Assembly: GCF_018977255.1 (NCBI RefSeq)
Contig: NW_024704743.1
Location: forward strand, 39,372,001-39,436,000
Origin: Callorhinchus milii
Lineage: Eukaryota
DNA length: 64,000 nt
Reading direction: 5' to 3'
Below are positions 50,591 through 63,620 of the stretch, piece after piece; the first letter of the stretch is position 1, and the number at the start of each line of letters is the position of its first letter. The notes below the pieces were generated by a model that was not told the DNA's origin, did not search any database, and was given only the letters and a program-made list of their open reading frames with translations. The position numbers and the translations under genes are program-made.

Positions 50591-53059
50591 AATTATGTGT
50601 GTCCTTTAAGAGCCAAGGGCCAAGCCATTAACATTCAACTAAGCTATCCCCTTGTGCATTGAAGGCAATTTTATATAACATTGTTTTCAGTCCTCATGTG
50701 CCATCATCTCAATATGAGAAATAAAGACATGAGCTTTTCACGTGAGGTCTCCTTCGCAACACTTCAGCTAATTTGTTCCACTGCAATCCATTATTTTTAT
50801 ACGTGTAAAATAAATTAGATACAGAAACGTTTTTAATTAAACTCTTTGATTATTAATAGTATAAGGAACCTTGAATAAGTTAGTAAAATAATGAATTGAT
50901 TGCAGTTATGCATGGGCAGAAACAAACACAACAGCACATATGGGCAGATAAATTGCAGTTATGGATTAATATTAATGCACTTCATTTGTGGTGTCACATA
51001 TCAAGCATTAAGAGCAATGACTCAATCTTATTTAGAGTTTGATTCCATCTTAGGAACACTGAAAAGTAAAGCATTTATGAAATCCAAAGGTAGGACTATA
51101 CAGTTCATACTGTCCTGTGTGCTAAAATATTCTGTGATTCCATTCTTTCCAGTCTAGAGATATGATGCTGAAAATTGGGACCTGTGATGTTTTAACATTG
51201 GTGATAATTAACCAATGACAATTGCAATTACAAAGTGTTACTTATCACCTTGTTGAATAACACTACTAACATGGCCAACCGATAACTAAAGGCATTAAAT
51301 TTGCCGGTCCATTGGATGGCTTCACTGAACTGCTGGTTAGTGGGATCCTGGCTGAACTGAACAAAATGTATTAGAGCTGGCACTTCAATACCACAGAGGC
51401 CAGCAAGACTGATACATGCTGTAATCATCTTCAGGCTCATCTATTTTGACAGAGTCAGGTACGAGCCTATGTCTTTAGCTATCGACAGGGGAAATTTTCA
51501 ATAATTTGATAAGATTTAATAAGCAATGGTATAAAATTAGTACTTCATAGGTTACAATTTACATTACAAAACCTACCCTGACATAGACCTCACCCTACTC
51601 ACTATCTCTGCAGTGCAGGTTCTGTGAGAGACTCCTGGAAATATAGATTTTTTGCTAAGACTAGTAATGTGCAGAGACACATTAGCAGATTCACAGCTGT
51701 GCTTATTTGGAATGCAAACAATAATTCAAACATATTCTCTTGTGAAATGATTTCCCATGCAAATTAGACAAGATATTTGTTATTTTAAGAATGTTTGGAA
51801 TATTCAGAAGAACTCAGCTTGTTGCCTGTTTAAAGGAAGACTTTTTGAGACTGTGAAACCTTCTATTGTATGAATGTTGAATGAATGAATGAATATAGTT
51901 CTGCCTTCTGAAGGTAAATTTACAGAATATTATATTTTCCAAAGTTTCACCTTGTCCAAAAACAATAATTTTATTTTGGTCAGTGCCTAGAGTATAGAAT
52001 GAGAGGAGAAAATAGTTTCTGAAAGACTTATGCGGGAAAATATCCTTTCTATAAAGCTTATGTTGTCTAATGTTCTTGACTTTTCTGTGTAGGAAAGAAA
52101 TAATTAAAACGTGCATCAGCATTTCTTTGTATATAGAAAAATAATATAACATTAACAATGTAACATGTGTGTTATTAAGTTGGGAGCCTGCAGAACCCTA
52201 AACTATGCTCCTTAGCATTTCGTCCTTAGCATTTTAAGCATTTCGTGATGCTGGGTGTGAGGACATTATATAAATAAAATTGTTGTTGTTGTAACATTGG
52301 CTTGAAAAATGCAATTGACATAATTAAAGCTTTGTGCCTGTCAATATTCCAGTTGAGATCTGGCTACTCAGTCAAAATTCCTAATAATAATAAGCCAAGC
52401 ATTTGGTATAACATCTCATTACATAGTCTCAAAGCGCTTCACAGGATTTACAGTAATGTGATGTGACTGTATATATTTTGTGGGCAAAATGCTAAGTAGC
52501 AGTCAAGGGTTTTTCAGGCTACCTACTTCGTAAAGTAATGACACCTACCAAATATCAGTAAAGTGAATTATTTTGGGAAAAGCATACAGCCAAAAAAATC
52601 ATTGTGCTTCTGACAAACCCTTCTGTGTTATGAACCTCGCCCACTTCTCTTGACGGCAGGTTCTGCATGGAGATTTCTGAAGCCAAAGATTTGTGACTGA
52701 CATTGGTAATCTGCAGCACCATCATAAGCAGAGGTTTTACCTTCATCACAGTAGTTTTACTGTTTCTTGTGGTGCGATTGTTCTATTTTAATGTATTATA
52801 GTTATTGATATAAGTCTTGTATTTCTTTGATATATTTTGCCCACTTAAGGAGGAAATAAAAAGATGATGTGTAAAAACACAGGGTTAGTTCCCCCTCCAT
52901 TCCTCTTGGCCCCCACTTCTCCTGAATCCACCCCTAGCTTCTCAAAGAGGCTATGGTGGAAATATAAGGAGGCAGAGAATGAGAAAAACCCAAACAAACT
53001 TGCACTTGATTTCTTCTCAGACCTACTAAACCAATTGTATCATGGACTTTATGAAAGTT

Positions 53060-53445
53060 GAGGAGTGAATATGAAGGGGTTTAACAAACTGAGCAGAGCT
53101 TGTTATTTTTCCCTGCAAGTCATTCAATAACAGAGAACATGACCTAAAAATTAAGGGGGAAAAAGGCTAGCACTGAGTTAACGAAGAATTTCTTCTCACG
53201 AAGAGCAATAAGAATCTGAAATATATTATCCCCGAAAAACGTAGATGAAAAATTAGCTGTAAGATTGAAAAATGAAATGGATATATACCTGCGGAATAAA
53301 AATATTAAGAGATACCAGACTAGTATGGCTTGAAGGCTGGTGTAGGGGAAGTTGTAGTGTGTAGGCCATGTAGGAATGGTCTGTGGTGGAGAGGAGTGAT
53401 GAGACAAACTGTCTTTCGTTCTGAATTTTCTATGAATGCCTATGA
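53060..53445 (+). mobile_element. Old CR1-like 3' fragment
   Basis: gaagaatttcttctcacgaagagcaataagaatctg...gaattttctatgaat tail. Confidence 0.65.
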
Positions 53446-53651
53446 ACTTACTCCAGAATAGCTATGCAGAGATAAAATCTTCATATCTCTAGTCTTGCTT
53501 TCAGTATTTACATTTTAAAGCAGTGCCTTGTGGTGCTGCACTCACAGTATAAGCCAAAACATCTTCTTACATCTACTTTATTCATGCCTGCCTATTAAAG
53601 ACCCGTATCATGTCTGTCCACAATCTTCTATTTTCTATTGATAACAAGTTA

Positions 53652-54235
53652 CACAGAAACATAGGAACGTAGGAACAGGAGGAGGCCATACAGTCCTTCG
53701 AGCCTGTTCCGTCATTTAATTAGATCATGGCTCATCTGTATCTCAACTAATCCTTTCAATTTCCTGCTTCCCCTCATATCCTTTAATACCTCGACCTACC
53801 AAAAATCTATCAACCTCACCCTTGAAGGTGTGGATGGATCCAGCATCCACGGCCTTTTGGGGCAGAGAATTCCAGATTTCTACCACCCTTTGAGTGAAAA
53901 AATGCTTCCTGATTTCCCTCTTAAATGCCTGGTTCTAATTTTCTGACTCTGTCCCTTTTTTTTGGATTACCCCACCAGAGGAAATAGCTTCTCTGTATCT
54001 ACCCCATCAAATCCCTTTATCATCTTAAATACCTCAATCAAATCAGCCCTCAACCTTGTAAACTCAAGGGAATGCAATCCAAGTTTACGCAGCCTTTCCT
54101 CGTTACTTAACTCTTTTAGGCCTGGTAACATTCTGGTGAACCTGCGCTGAACCCCCTCCAGGGTCAATATATATTTCTTGAGGTGTGGTGCCCAAAACTG
54201 AATGCAGTCCAGATGGGGTCTGACTAAAGCTCTAT
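53652..54235 (-). mobile_element. CR1 3' fragment
   Basis: LEGVQRRFTRMLPGLKELSNEERLRKLGLHSLEFTRLRADLIEVFKMIKGFDGVD. Confidence 0.93.
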
Positions 54236-55994
54236 AGAGAGAAAAATGGGAAGCTCAAATATGTTCAAATGTGTGACCCTCTTCTCAAGAAATGGCACTT
54301 GGTCTAAGAATCATCCATATTGATCTTCTTTTGCCATTCACTTTCAAGGCTGAGAGATACATCATTAATGCCACTTATGCCAATTATCAAAGCGCATATT
54401 CCTCAATAATAAAACTGAGAGAATGATAAGTAATCCATTTGATCTGATACCTAATTTGATGACCGTTTAAAAGATTGTTTTGATTGAATTGCATAAATGT
54501 TTTCTTATATAATGTGTTTTTTATGAGCCTTAAAGTAAATAAGGACGATTATTTTAAGGCGCATAAAGTTATGGTCCACAGTATCAAGGTTTCACGATGA
54601 TCCCCTCTTACTGATAAATGATGGATTAAATAACTTGCTGTCGAATTAATGCAGTTAAAGGCCAGTTTGGTTTATATCTATTTTCATTTGGCTGTTCTAA
54701 TCTGTTACCTGCAGATTAAAATAGCATTTCATTGTGTTCATTTCTTCATTTTTTTATGGTGCTCTTTTTAAGTGTTTCACAATACTGGGGTGATAATTAA
54801 ACTCTCTGAGCCGCTACCCTGCATGGAGGGCGCCATATAAGTGCAAGTTGTTGTTGTAATTGTAATGTTTCACTGCAGATTTGACCATTATTGAATATGT
54901 TTTCGCACATGCTATGAAGCATCCCATTTTTCTCTCTATTTCTGAAGACTTTGTGACGTGTGAACATTCTGAAATGCTAACTAGTGGTGAACTTTCGCCC
55001 ACAAAATACACAGTCAACTCACTGTACAGTATGTTCTGGGAAGCGCTTTCTCAATTACATGATAAGGCACTGTATCAAATGCAAGGGTGATTATTATTAT
55101 TATAACTTCAGTCATGTTGTAAATGTTGTTAAAGATTTGGGAGTATGACTCAGTTGCTATCAGATGGGACTCCCTATTCGTAACTCAAGTATGACAATCA
55201 TTTATTTGCACACTTCCTTAATTATGCACCACCAGTAATAATATGAAATATAACCAGAAATTTGCCATTTGAAATATTTCCTGTAGGTATTAATGAAGCA
55301 AATCTGTTCCGTGGTATAAAGAAATAAAGATGCTTAGTATTTTTAGATAGATTACAATGATCTTTTATGATCGCATACTTTTCTGTGTTTCAATAAACGT
55401 GGCAAGAAATGAAGCTCATTAACAAGCATTCTGCCACAATTAATTACTGAGTACCTTCTAATTTTGCCTACAAAAATATACAGTCATTACACTTCATAGT
55501 GAATCGTGTGAAGCACTTTCAGATATCGTAGGACATTATGGCAATAAAAGGATTGCTATTTAAAAGTCCAGCACTAATACAATGGGTTTAATGGCCTTCT
55601 TCAATGCTACAAATGTCTATGGTTCTATGATTGTATCCTCCTGAAAGCACCGTGAAAGGCACTCTATCAAATGCAAGGATAATTTATTATTTATTTAAGG
55701 AGACTGTAACCATTTCTTTCTGCAGTAATAATATCACAAAGCCCTAATTACAATGTGATATCCCTTATGCCAGATCAGATAAAATTCTCCATAATGCTAT
55801 TTAATTAATTAATTTAATAGAAAGCCACTGAGCAGACTGTTAGAAAACAAAAAGTGGTGTATAATGCAATAATGTCCTGATCCACTAATCTATAGAAAAG
55901 GATAAACCTAGAAAGCAGGCAGGGCTTATGAATTCCATCATGTGAATGGTTTGCTGAATGTTGTAAGTAAAGACTATTCAAACATTTTTTTTAC

Positions 55995-56760
55995 TTATTT
56001 CAGGATTTGTGTGACATTAGCTGGGCCAGTATTTGTGCCCATTGTTAGTAGTCCTGAATGAATAATAATAATAATATTAATAATAATCCTTGCATTTGAT
56101 AAAGGGTCTTATCACATTGAGGAAATGTCTCAAAGCGTTTCACAGGATATATTGTAAAGTGGCTTGATGGTGTGTATTTTGTGGGCGGATACAGCAGCTA
56201 ATTTGCCCATAGCAGTGTCCCACAAACAGCCAGAGTGAGTGACTAATTTTTTTTGTGGGATTAGTGGGTAGGACACTGAGAGAAATTCCCTCTTCTTTTT
56301 GAATAATATCATGGGATCTTTAACATCTGCCTTAAATGGCAGTCAGGATCTTGGTTCAAGCTCTCATCTGAAAGATGGCACCTCCAACAATACCGCACAA
56401 CCCCAGCACTGCATTGCAGTGTTCGTTTAGACTTTATGAGTTCCAAGTCATGATGTGGGAATTGAACCACAGCCTTCTGATTCAAAATGGCTTGCTACGC
56501 CATTTGAAGGCCACTTATAGTCAAGCGCATAGGTTAGAACTGGAATCACATGTGGGCCTGGGTTACGATAGCAGCAATTCAGAGATTTCTTGTCTGAAAG
56601 GCATGTTGGGGATTTACAATTATATTTTTTGCAATTAACTGTTTTGTGGCCGTGATTCTGGTGCTAGCTCAAAACAAAATTTTGGAATACAAATTACACA
56701 AAACCATAGGTTTAAACTCACGTCCTTTCGGATATTAATACAGTCACATTAACATTAATA
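55995..56760 (-). mobile_element. Shark-type tRNA SINE relic (55995-56060, 56488-56760) split by a SacSINE1-like copy (56062-56483)
   Basis: The outer parts read gctgggccagtatttgtgcccat and ggcttgctacgccattt...ctggaatcacatgtgggcc, a recalled chondrichthyan SINE. The inner copy matches the other SacSINE1-like elements. Confidence 0.6.
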
Positions 56761-57002
56761 ATATAATTATAATTTTTGAATTAGAAGTTTCCTGTCAGGC
56801 GGACGTCTCAAAACACCCATCCTGTTTGTGGACAGCAGTGCAATGATCCCATCATGAACTATTACAATGCTAGCCCCAACATACACGGTTTCTACGAGAG
56901 CAGGATTGCTCAAATTAGGACATTTCCCAAAAAGTTAAGATGACACTAATGATCAAATAAATTTTAAATATATTGTATCATTTTATTTTTATGTATGATA
57001 TA

Positions 57003-57420
57003 TCCTGACTCAGTTGGTAGCACTCTTGTCTCTGAGTCAGAAGGTTATAGTTTCAAGCCCCACATCAAGACCTGGAACTCATGTAGTCTAGCCTAACACT
57101 CCAATACAGTGTTGGTGGTGTGCTGTATTGCTGGAGATGTTATCCTTTGAATGAGACATTAAGCCAAAGCTCTGTCTGCCTGTTCTGGTGGACATTAAAG
57201 ATCCCATGGCATTATTTGGAAAGAGAAAGGAGTTTCTCCCAATGTCTGGTCAGTAATCTTCCAGATAAAATTGGTCATTCACTTCATGGCTGTCTGTGGA
57301 CATAGTTGTGTACAAATTAATTGCAGCAGTCACCTATAAAATACATAACTGGTGCTCATTACACTGAACCCTGTGAAGCACTTTGGAACATGCTCCCAAA
57401 TTGAAAGGTGCTACACCGAA
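57003..57420 (+). mobile_element. SacSINE1-like SINE, near full length
   Basis: gactcagttggtagcactcttgtctctgagtcagaaggtt...ggtggacattaaagatcccatggcattattt...ggtcattcacttcatggctgtctgtgg. Confidence 0.87.
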
Positions 57421-57622
57421 AGCAACGTTTATCAAACGCAAGGATTTTTAATGAAAAGTTGCGCTTTTTCACCCACAGTGCGAAAAGTGATTGTTATCTC
57501 ACTTATATAAAATATACCATTTATTCTGGAAACATGAAATAACAACCCAGCCGCATCTAATTTGCCATTCATTAATTGACAAAAGGTCAGATGCTCACTC
57601 TCAGGATCGGTGAGCGTCATTC

Positions 57623-57789
57623 CCTGCCATGGCAACCCCTGCCCGATGGCAGTGACTCAGTTCTCTATGGCGTCAGAAGCTCAGGCAGACAGAGCACGCT
57701 TGTGAGAACACAGCTCACAGAAATACACTTCAAACGCCCCCGAGCTGCCTCTCAGCATCCATGAGCACTCTGCCTGTCACCATGGCAAC
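57623..57789. promoter_or_regulatory. Pair of RFX X-box-like motifs in a CpG-enriched non-repeat patch
   Basis: CCTGCCATGGCAAC (57623-57636) and GTCACCATGGCAAC (57776-57789), compared with the X-box consensus GTNRCC(AT)GGYAAC. Confidence 0.5.
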
Positions 57790-58631
57790 AGGCTGAGCAT
57801 GATCGTACGAACCTTTCATCATTATGCAATTCAAGGTACAGCAGTGCTACTCATAACAAATGTCCACACAATATAAATACTCCAATAAATCTAGACCTCC
57901 AATAAATTCTTATCAACGAAACACAAGCAGAGGTGTTGCTTATAAAATTATATTAAATATAAATACAGTCAATTTCACTTATCGCAATCATTTTTGACAG
58001 GTCTGGTTTTGGTTACCAGCACCAATTGATCGCTACAGTCATGGATCTGACTCTGATCTGTGCCATTCGGTCTCCCTTTCATCATTTCTATTCTCTATTG
58101 ATAGAATTTGTACTTACCTTTCTTCTAGTATTTATTTTTTATCTCCTTCCCCTGAACGAGCAAAATTGCATTTCAGCTGCGTTTAAGTTTATACAGGTAA
58201 TGTGGCACAAAGACTTACACAGTTGAATTACCTGCACTGCACTAGGTTAAATATTCTACAATAACCTTTGCATTTTATATAGCGTGCATAATGTCTCAAA
58301 GCATTTTGCAGATGCTCTGTAAAGTGACCGAGTAGTTGCAGGCAAATGTGGCAACCAATTTGCCCCAGCAATGTCCACAAAACAGCTATTAAGTGAATAC
58401 AACCAGCAACTTGCATTTATACAGCACCCTTCACTCAGGATAGAATCTCAGAGCACTTGATCAATCAATTTATCTGAAAGATTGTTGGCCAAGACTAAAT
58501 GCTCAAAGTACTAACATGGAGCTTAAACCTACAAGTTCTGACCCTCAGCACGATGAATGAAGCTGCTGCCCAGAAAAACATAGGAAGCAAATAACAATAT
58601 AAATACTCAAACTCATAGTCCAGTATGTAAG

Positions 58632-58882
58632 CCTGGCTCAGCTGGTAGCACTCTCACCTCTGATTTAGAAGGTTGTGGGGTCAAGCCCCACATTGGGACT
58701 TCATACTCATATAGTCTAAACTGACACTACAATGCAATGCTGGGGTGTGCTGTATTGTTGGAGGTGCTGTCTTTCAGATTAGCTGTTAAACCGAGGCCCT
58801 GTCTCCCTGTTCAGGTGGATGTTAAAGACCCCTTGGCATTATTCTGAAAGAGAAGGTGGTTTCTCCTGGTGTTCTGCCCAAT
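58632..58882 (+). mobile_element. SacSINE1-like 5' two-thirds
   Basis: ctggctcagctggtagcactctcacctctg...gttaaaccgaggccctgtc...caggtggatgttaaagacc. Confidence 0.87.
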
Positions 58883-59457
58883 AATACGTACTCTGGTTAA
58901 CAATAGCAGCCCCTGCCTGAAATAAGTCAGTAGTCTGAAAAACTAAATCAAATGTAATGTCCTAACCCCAAATGAGATGAGTCTTTAAAGGATTCCATCT
59001 TGATAACCAACAGGGAGTGAAGTAAATCTTGGACAGCATGATGTGATCTCTTTCAGTGTGATGGAAAATGTCGGTGTACAGAAGCCGCTCCTGGAAAATT
59101 GCTGCTATTCCCAACATAAAGTCCTGTACTGTGTGTGAACTCATGTCCATTCTGTGAGCAATGCCATTGATATATTTTGAAATAATTTAAGAGTTTTTTT
59201 TACAAATTTGGGCAGGCTTACTTTTATAATGAGTTTCTACTGTTGGTTGAATTGTTGGCCAGCTTCGAATAAACTGGGTGTAGTATGAGCAAGAACGGAA
59301 AAGATTTTGACATTGGGTTAATATGTTCTGTGTGTGGCATTATAGACTTTTGTGAAACACTGTAGCAGCTGGTCAGAAACACAAAAATACAGTTTCTTCA
59401 GACGTTCAGTATGTGAGCTAACATGTTTGTATTCACCTTTCTCATTATATTGGGACT

Positions 59458-59660
59458 CCACACTGGAGTCCCTCCAACTCGCTCCCTCCCTAACTTCCTT
59501 CAAAGATCACCTCAAGAGGTTTCACTTTGATCGGACTTTCAGTTATCTCAACCTTCTCGACTTCCTTCATCTCCCACCTCTAGCTCGGATGCCTAGCAAG
59601 CAGCATTATGCACTTTGAGACATCCTCCTGACATGAAAAGCGCTATATAAATGCAAATTA
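59458..59660 (+). mobile_element. L2 3' end
   Basis: SLTSFKDHLKRFHFDRTF, followed by the L2 tail gaaaagcgctatataaatgcaa. Confidence 0.85.
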
Positions 59661-60374
59661 TATTGCACTGTATTGCTGCACGTTAATTAACATTAAGGAA
59701 AATAACATGTTGTGCAAAATAGCACCAATGGCAGCTTGAAGGAGAAACTATTCTTGTATTAATATAGCGTTAACATCAAAAGACCCACATTTAAAGACTC
59801 CAACCTGTGAAGAGAAATGATTCAGCAGCACGTTTCCATGGATACCTGAAGTATTACGTCAAGTGGAGGCAGAGATTCTCTCTCAGCTGGCATCAATGGG
59901 AATGGAGGAGACGGACAAGACAATTTAATCCTGGATAAATAGCTAGGAAGGAAAATGATACCCCACTCTGTATTTTCAGATCAGCAGCTAATTGTCTGAG
60001 CTCCTTGTCAATGTCAGTTCAGCGGGAATTGGTGCCCCCATTCTAAGCAGAAGGTTGTTATCTGGTGCTGAATGCCAGAGCAAAGAAAAACTAACAGCCT
60101 CCAACATCAGATTTTTGTTAAATAAATTATCTATTCTCCCATTAACAAGAATTACTTTGTCTGGAAACTGCTTCGCTGATGTTACATTTGGTGTATAAAT
60201 ATCTTGCATAAATGTTGGCACCAGCTTCTCTTTATCCGAGAGGTAATGTTTGTGGTGATTCATTACATCTTCTTTGTGTTAATCACAAGCAACGTGTGAC
60301 CGAAAGCCACAAACATTTTCCTTAATTTATTGAGCACTAACTTTCTGTCAATCAAGTATAGCTCACTTCATTTT

Positions 60375-60995
60375 TTTTAAAAGTCAGTCAAGTGTCTGAC
60401 ACTGTGGGAAAACCCATCAACATGCTTAAGAATATCCAAACCAAACTAGGAATTCTATGCATCCCCACAACATATGGAAATTCCAGAAATGTTTATTAGA
60501 ATGGAATGTGTACTCTTTCCCTGGAGGGATGCATCCTCCATACCAAATTCCAGAGAGTATTAGGCATAGGTTGGCAAGAGCCAAGGATTGGGGACCCCAG
60601 ATGTGGGTGGGGGTACTGCTGAACTCTAACCAACTACAACAACATAGCTGCCATTGAAGCACCATCTGGCAAACGTTCCCACTGTTTGTCCAGCTAGGAT
60701 CACCTTACCCATTAGGGTTTTGGCTTGCATGCTTAACAGGAACTGAATGGAAAAAGTCCCTTGCCCCCAGTCTGCCTTTACAAGTGCTGCCAATAAGCCA
60801 GGCTGGCTGGGCTATCATCAGCATTGCCCTTGAATACTATGAAGCTGCATGACCCAGGAACTGGATAAATGAGACCACCACAAAGCTTTGGCTCTGACAT
60901 TCTGTTGCCAAACAAGTCATCTTGGAGCCAGTTCAGCCCCAAGGAGATCCCGCTTAACTCCCCCAAGGAGGATAGTCACTAATTGGTCATTTAAC
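60375..60995 (-). repeat. Unclassified repeat family X, most complete copy (may extend to ~61550)
   Basis: The reverse complement aligns with copies at 30125, 32062 and 43060, from aattagtgact to gtgtcagacac. Confidence 0.85.
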
Positions 60996-61614
60996 ATCGG
61001 ACAAGTGCGGGTTTGAGCCCTGATGAGGTGGAAACCCTGCGAGTTTCCTGGTTCACAACACAGCTCAACATTAAATGTGTGAGAGCATTACCACCGTCTT
61101 CCTTCCCACAGCTTGGGAACGTGTCCCTTCCAATTGAGCAATAGTTTCACCAGTTGGAGGTGCAGAGCTTAAGCAGAAGCTGCTTACCTCTCTGCAAACC
61201 AATCAAGGTGGATGCCAGGCGCTGGATGTAGGAACCTGCGTTCACATGTTCAGAGTCTAGATAATGCTTTCCAGCAGCTGTTGCCCCAAGCCTCAGAATT
61301 TCATCATCAGCTATCTGATGGAAATCTTCCTTCAGTGTGGTGGGAGAACTTTTACAGGACACCTTGTGATGTGCCTGCCATCTTGATGTTCTCAAAGTCA
61401 AGTCCAATGCACCGTCTGCTTAACCCAGGTCTTCGTTTGAGGGGCTTTGGTAAATAGATGTGGCCACTGTGAAGCTGACTCCACCTCCAGGGTGCTCAGC
61501 GACAGGTCAGTGTAGGCCAGAGCCCACCCTCCCTGCAGCTGCTTCTTTTGTTTGATACAAATCCATCTCACTGCTTGATCCTGGATTTTGCAAATGGGCT
61601 GGTGGAAGCTTCTC

Positions 61615-61822
61615 CGACCTTCTCTTTCCAAATAATGTCAATAGGATCTTTTTCATTAATCTGAACAAGCAGATGGAATGAAATTGTCTAGCTCTGAATG
61701 TCTCATCCATTGGCACCTCTGGCAATGCAGCCCAACCCCAGCATTGTATTGGTGCATCAGTGTGGACTATGTGAGTTCAAAGTCCTAATGTGGAGCTTGA
61801 ACCCACAACATTTTGACTCAGA
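61615..61822 (-). mobile_element. SacSINE1-like fragment
   Basis: aatgtctcatcc...ggcacctctggcaatgcagc...gcttgaacccacaacattttgactcagag. Confidence 0.75.
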
Positions 61823-62599
61823 GGGTATTTGTGTTCCCGTTCCAGCTGGCCCTGCAGCACGGATGGCTTGTCTTTCCAAATGCCAGGCTGGTACTTTTCC
61901 CCTCTCTCACCTGAAGATTTTGATGAAATCAATTAAATCAGTAAAGACTGTCATTCAAACCTATGATTTTCTGGTTTGCATGTCTCAGTGCTGCACCTGC
62001 TAGTGCCTTTACCCATTGGGAAATCACAAATTCAGACTCATGGTTGGGAAGGCAATTGTTAGGTGAGTTCTAGGTTTTAGAAATCACATTCACCACCTAA
62101 ATAAATGCTCACACATGCAGAAAATTGCTTGGAGGTTGAAATCATATTTTTCTTACTAGAAGCAGAGTGTGGCATCAAGAGCAATTTGATGCTTTAAAAA
62201 AAAATTAACAAAATCTCTAATTTAGCTGGAGGAGCAATGTAATACCTCAGACAGCAGAGGAACTGACACGTGTAGAGCAGAGGGTCCCTCTGCAGTTCAG
62301 TCCTGGTAGTTTGGAGATGCTAAAGAGGTGGGAGCCACCTGGTAAATCTCTTCACAAAAGCATATGTCTCTCTTTGTTGAACATTTATATTAAAAAATAC
62401 ACGGATGCGAGATTTTAATTTAACGTTGGTGCAGAACAGAATCCATAAGTTATTGATGATTGGATGCAGTAGCTTAATGCCATATTTATATCTGATGACA
62501 AATTGGTTTATAAACCCGCTGTGATACAGTGCTCATTAAATACTTTCCTCTCCTCGGGTAGTTCCTGCAAGAAGTGGAATCTGCACTGTACATAATTTT

Positions 62600-62890
62600 A
62601 CATTGAGTTGTATGGCATGGAAATAGGCTATTCAACCCAACTAGTCCCTGTCGATGTTTATACTCCCACACTATCCCCCATCCCTTTTGTTTCCTTCTCC
62701 TTTAGTCTTCTATTCCATTCTCCCTCATGTATGGATCAATGTTTCTTTTAAGTACATTGTTTATTGCTTCAATACAGCTTTCGTGAGTGAGTTCCATAAT
62801 TTCACCACCCTCTACGTGAAGAAGTTCCTCCTAAGATCCCCAATAGATTTACTCCTGGCCAGTTTATATTTATGTCCCAGCTGGTGAGAA
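62600..62890 (-). mobile_element. CR1 3' fragment
   Basis: ggctattcaacccaactagtcc...caccaccctctacgtgaagaagttcctcct. Confidence 0.75.
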
Positions 62891-62894
62891 ATCG

Positions 62895-63135
62895 CTTCTC
62901 TTTGCTAGATCTGGAGTGTGCTGTCTCTTCCCGCATGAAGGAGGGACGTATCCACATGCTTCCATTTGCTGATGATAAAATATCTGGGTCCCCAAAATTT
63001 GTATTGGGCTCCTGTAACCACTGAACCGCAAATGGAGCCACTGTTAATCTTCCTGCTGCTTGCCCAGCTAGGATCACTCTACCTTTTAGCATGATGGCAT
63101 GCATGATTATCAGGAGCTCAGTTGGAAGAATTCCA
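62895..63135 (-). repeat. Unclassified repeat family X, diverged internal fragment
   Basis: cttcctgctgcttgcccagctaggatcactctacc matches 60680-60710. Confidence 0.6.
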
Positions 63136-63364
63136 TTCTGCAGTGGCTAACTTATCTCTCCACGTCCCAATGATGACATAATATACTGCAGACCTGCCTC
63201 GTTCTGAAGAGGTTTGAGACATCCTTCTGATGTGAAAGGCACTATATTAAATGCATGGATTACTTTTATCTAATTGATAGTATAATCGATACTGGTTTGT
63301 GCTAATGTTGAATTCTTGTAGCTTTGCAGAGCTTGAATTTAAGTTCTCCGAAATCTTACACTCC

Positions 63365-63563
63365 CAAAATAATCCCTTCCAATATAATAATAAACACTTG
63401 GTCACTCAATTCATGATTGTTTGTGGGACACTGCTGTGCGCAATTGCCTGCCACATTTCCCCTAGAAGATACACAGTCAATCCACTTTACAATATATCCT
63501 GTGGAGCACTTCGAGACGTCTCAACAACGTGATAAGGCGCTATATCAAATGCAACAATTATTA
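63365..63563 (+). mobile_element. Young SINE 3' half
   Basis: tttgtgggacactgctgtgcgcaattg...gataaggcgctatatcaaatgcaa. Confidence 0.9.
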
Positions 63564-63620
63564 TGATAAAGGCTTTATACAAATGCAAGTTGTTGGTGAC
63601 ACAGCACATCATACTAATTT

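Noticed and set aside
51300..51490. Possible additional SINE head on the minus strand (ggctcgtacc B-box-like)
   Set aside because: It occurs once in the window and the box match is weak, so I cannot support an assignment.
59988..60263. 91-aa minus-strand ORF
   Set aside because: No homology recognised. More likely non-coding sequence.
61008..61040. Hammerhead-like words CTGATGA...GAAA (gggtttgagccctgatgaggtggaaaccc)
   Set aside because: Only 4 nt (ggtg) separate CTGATGA and GAAA, so there is no stem II, and no stem I is evident. It is just a gggttt/aaaccc hairpin.
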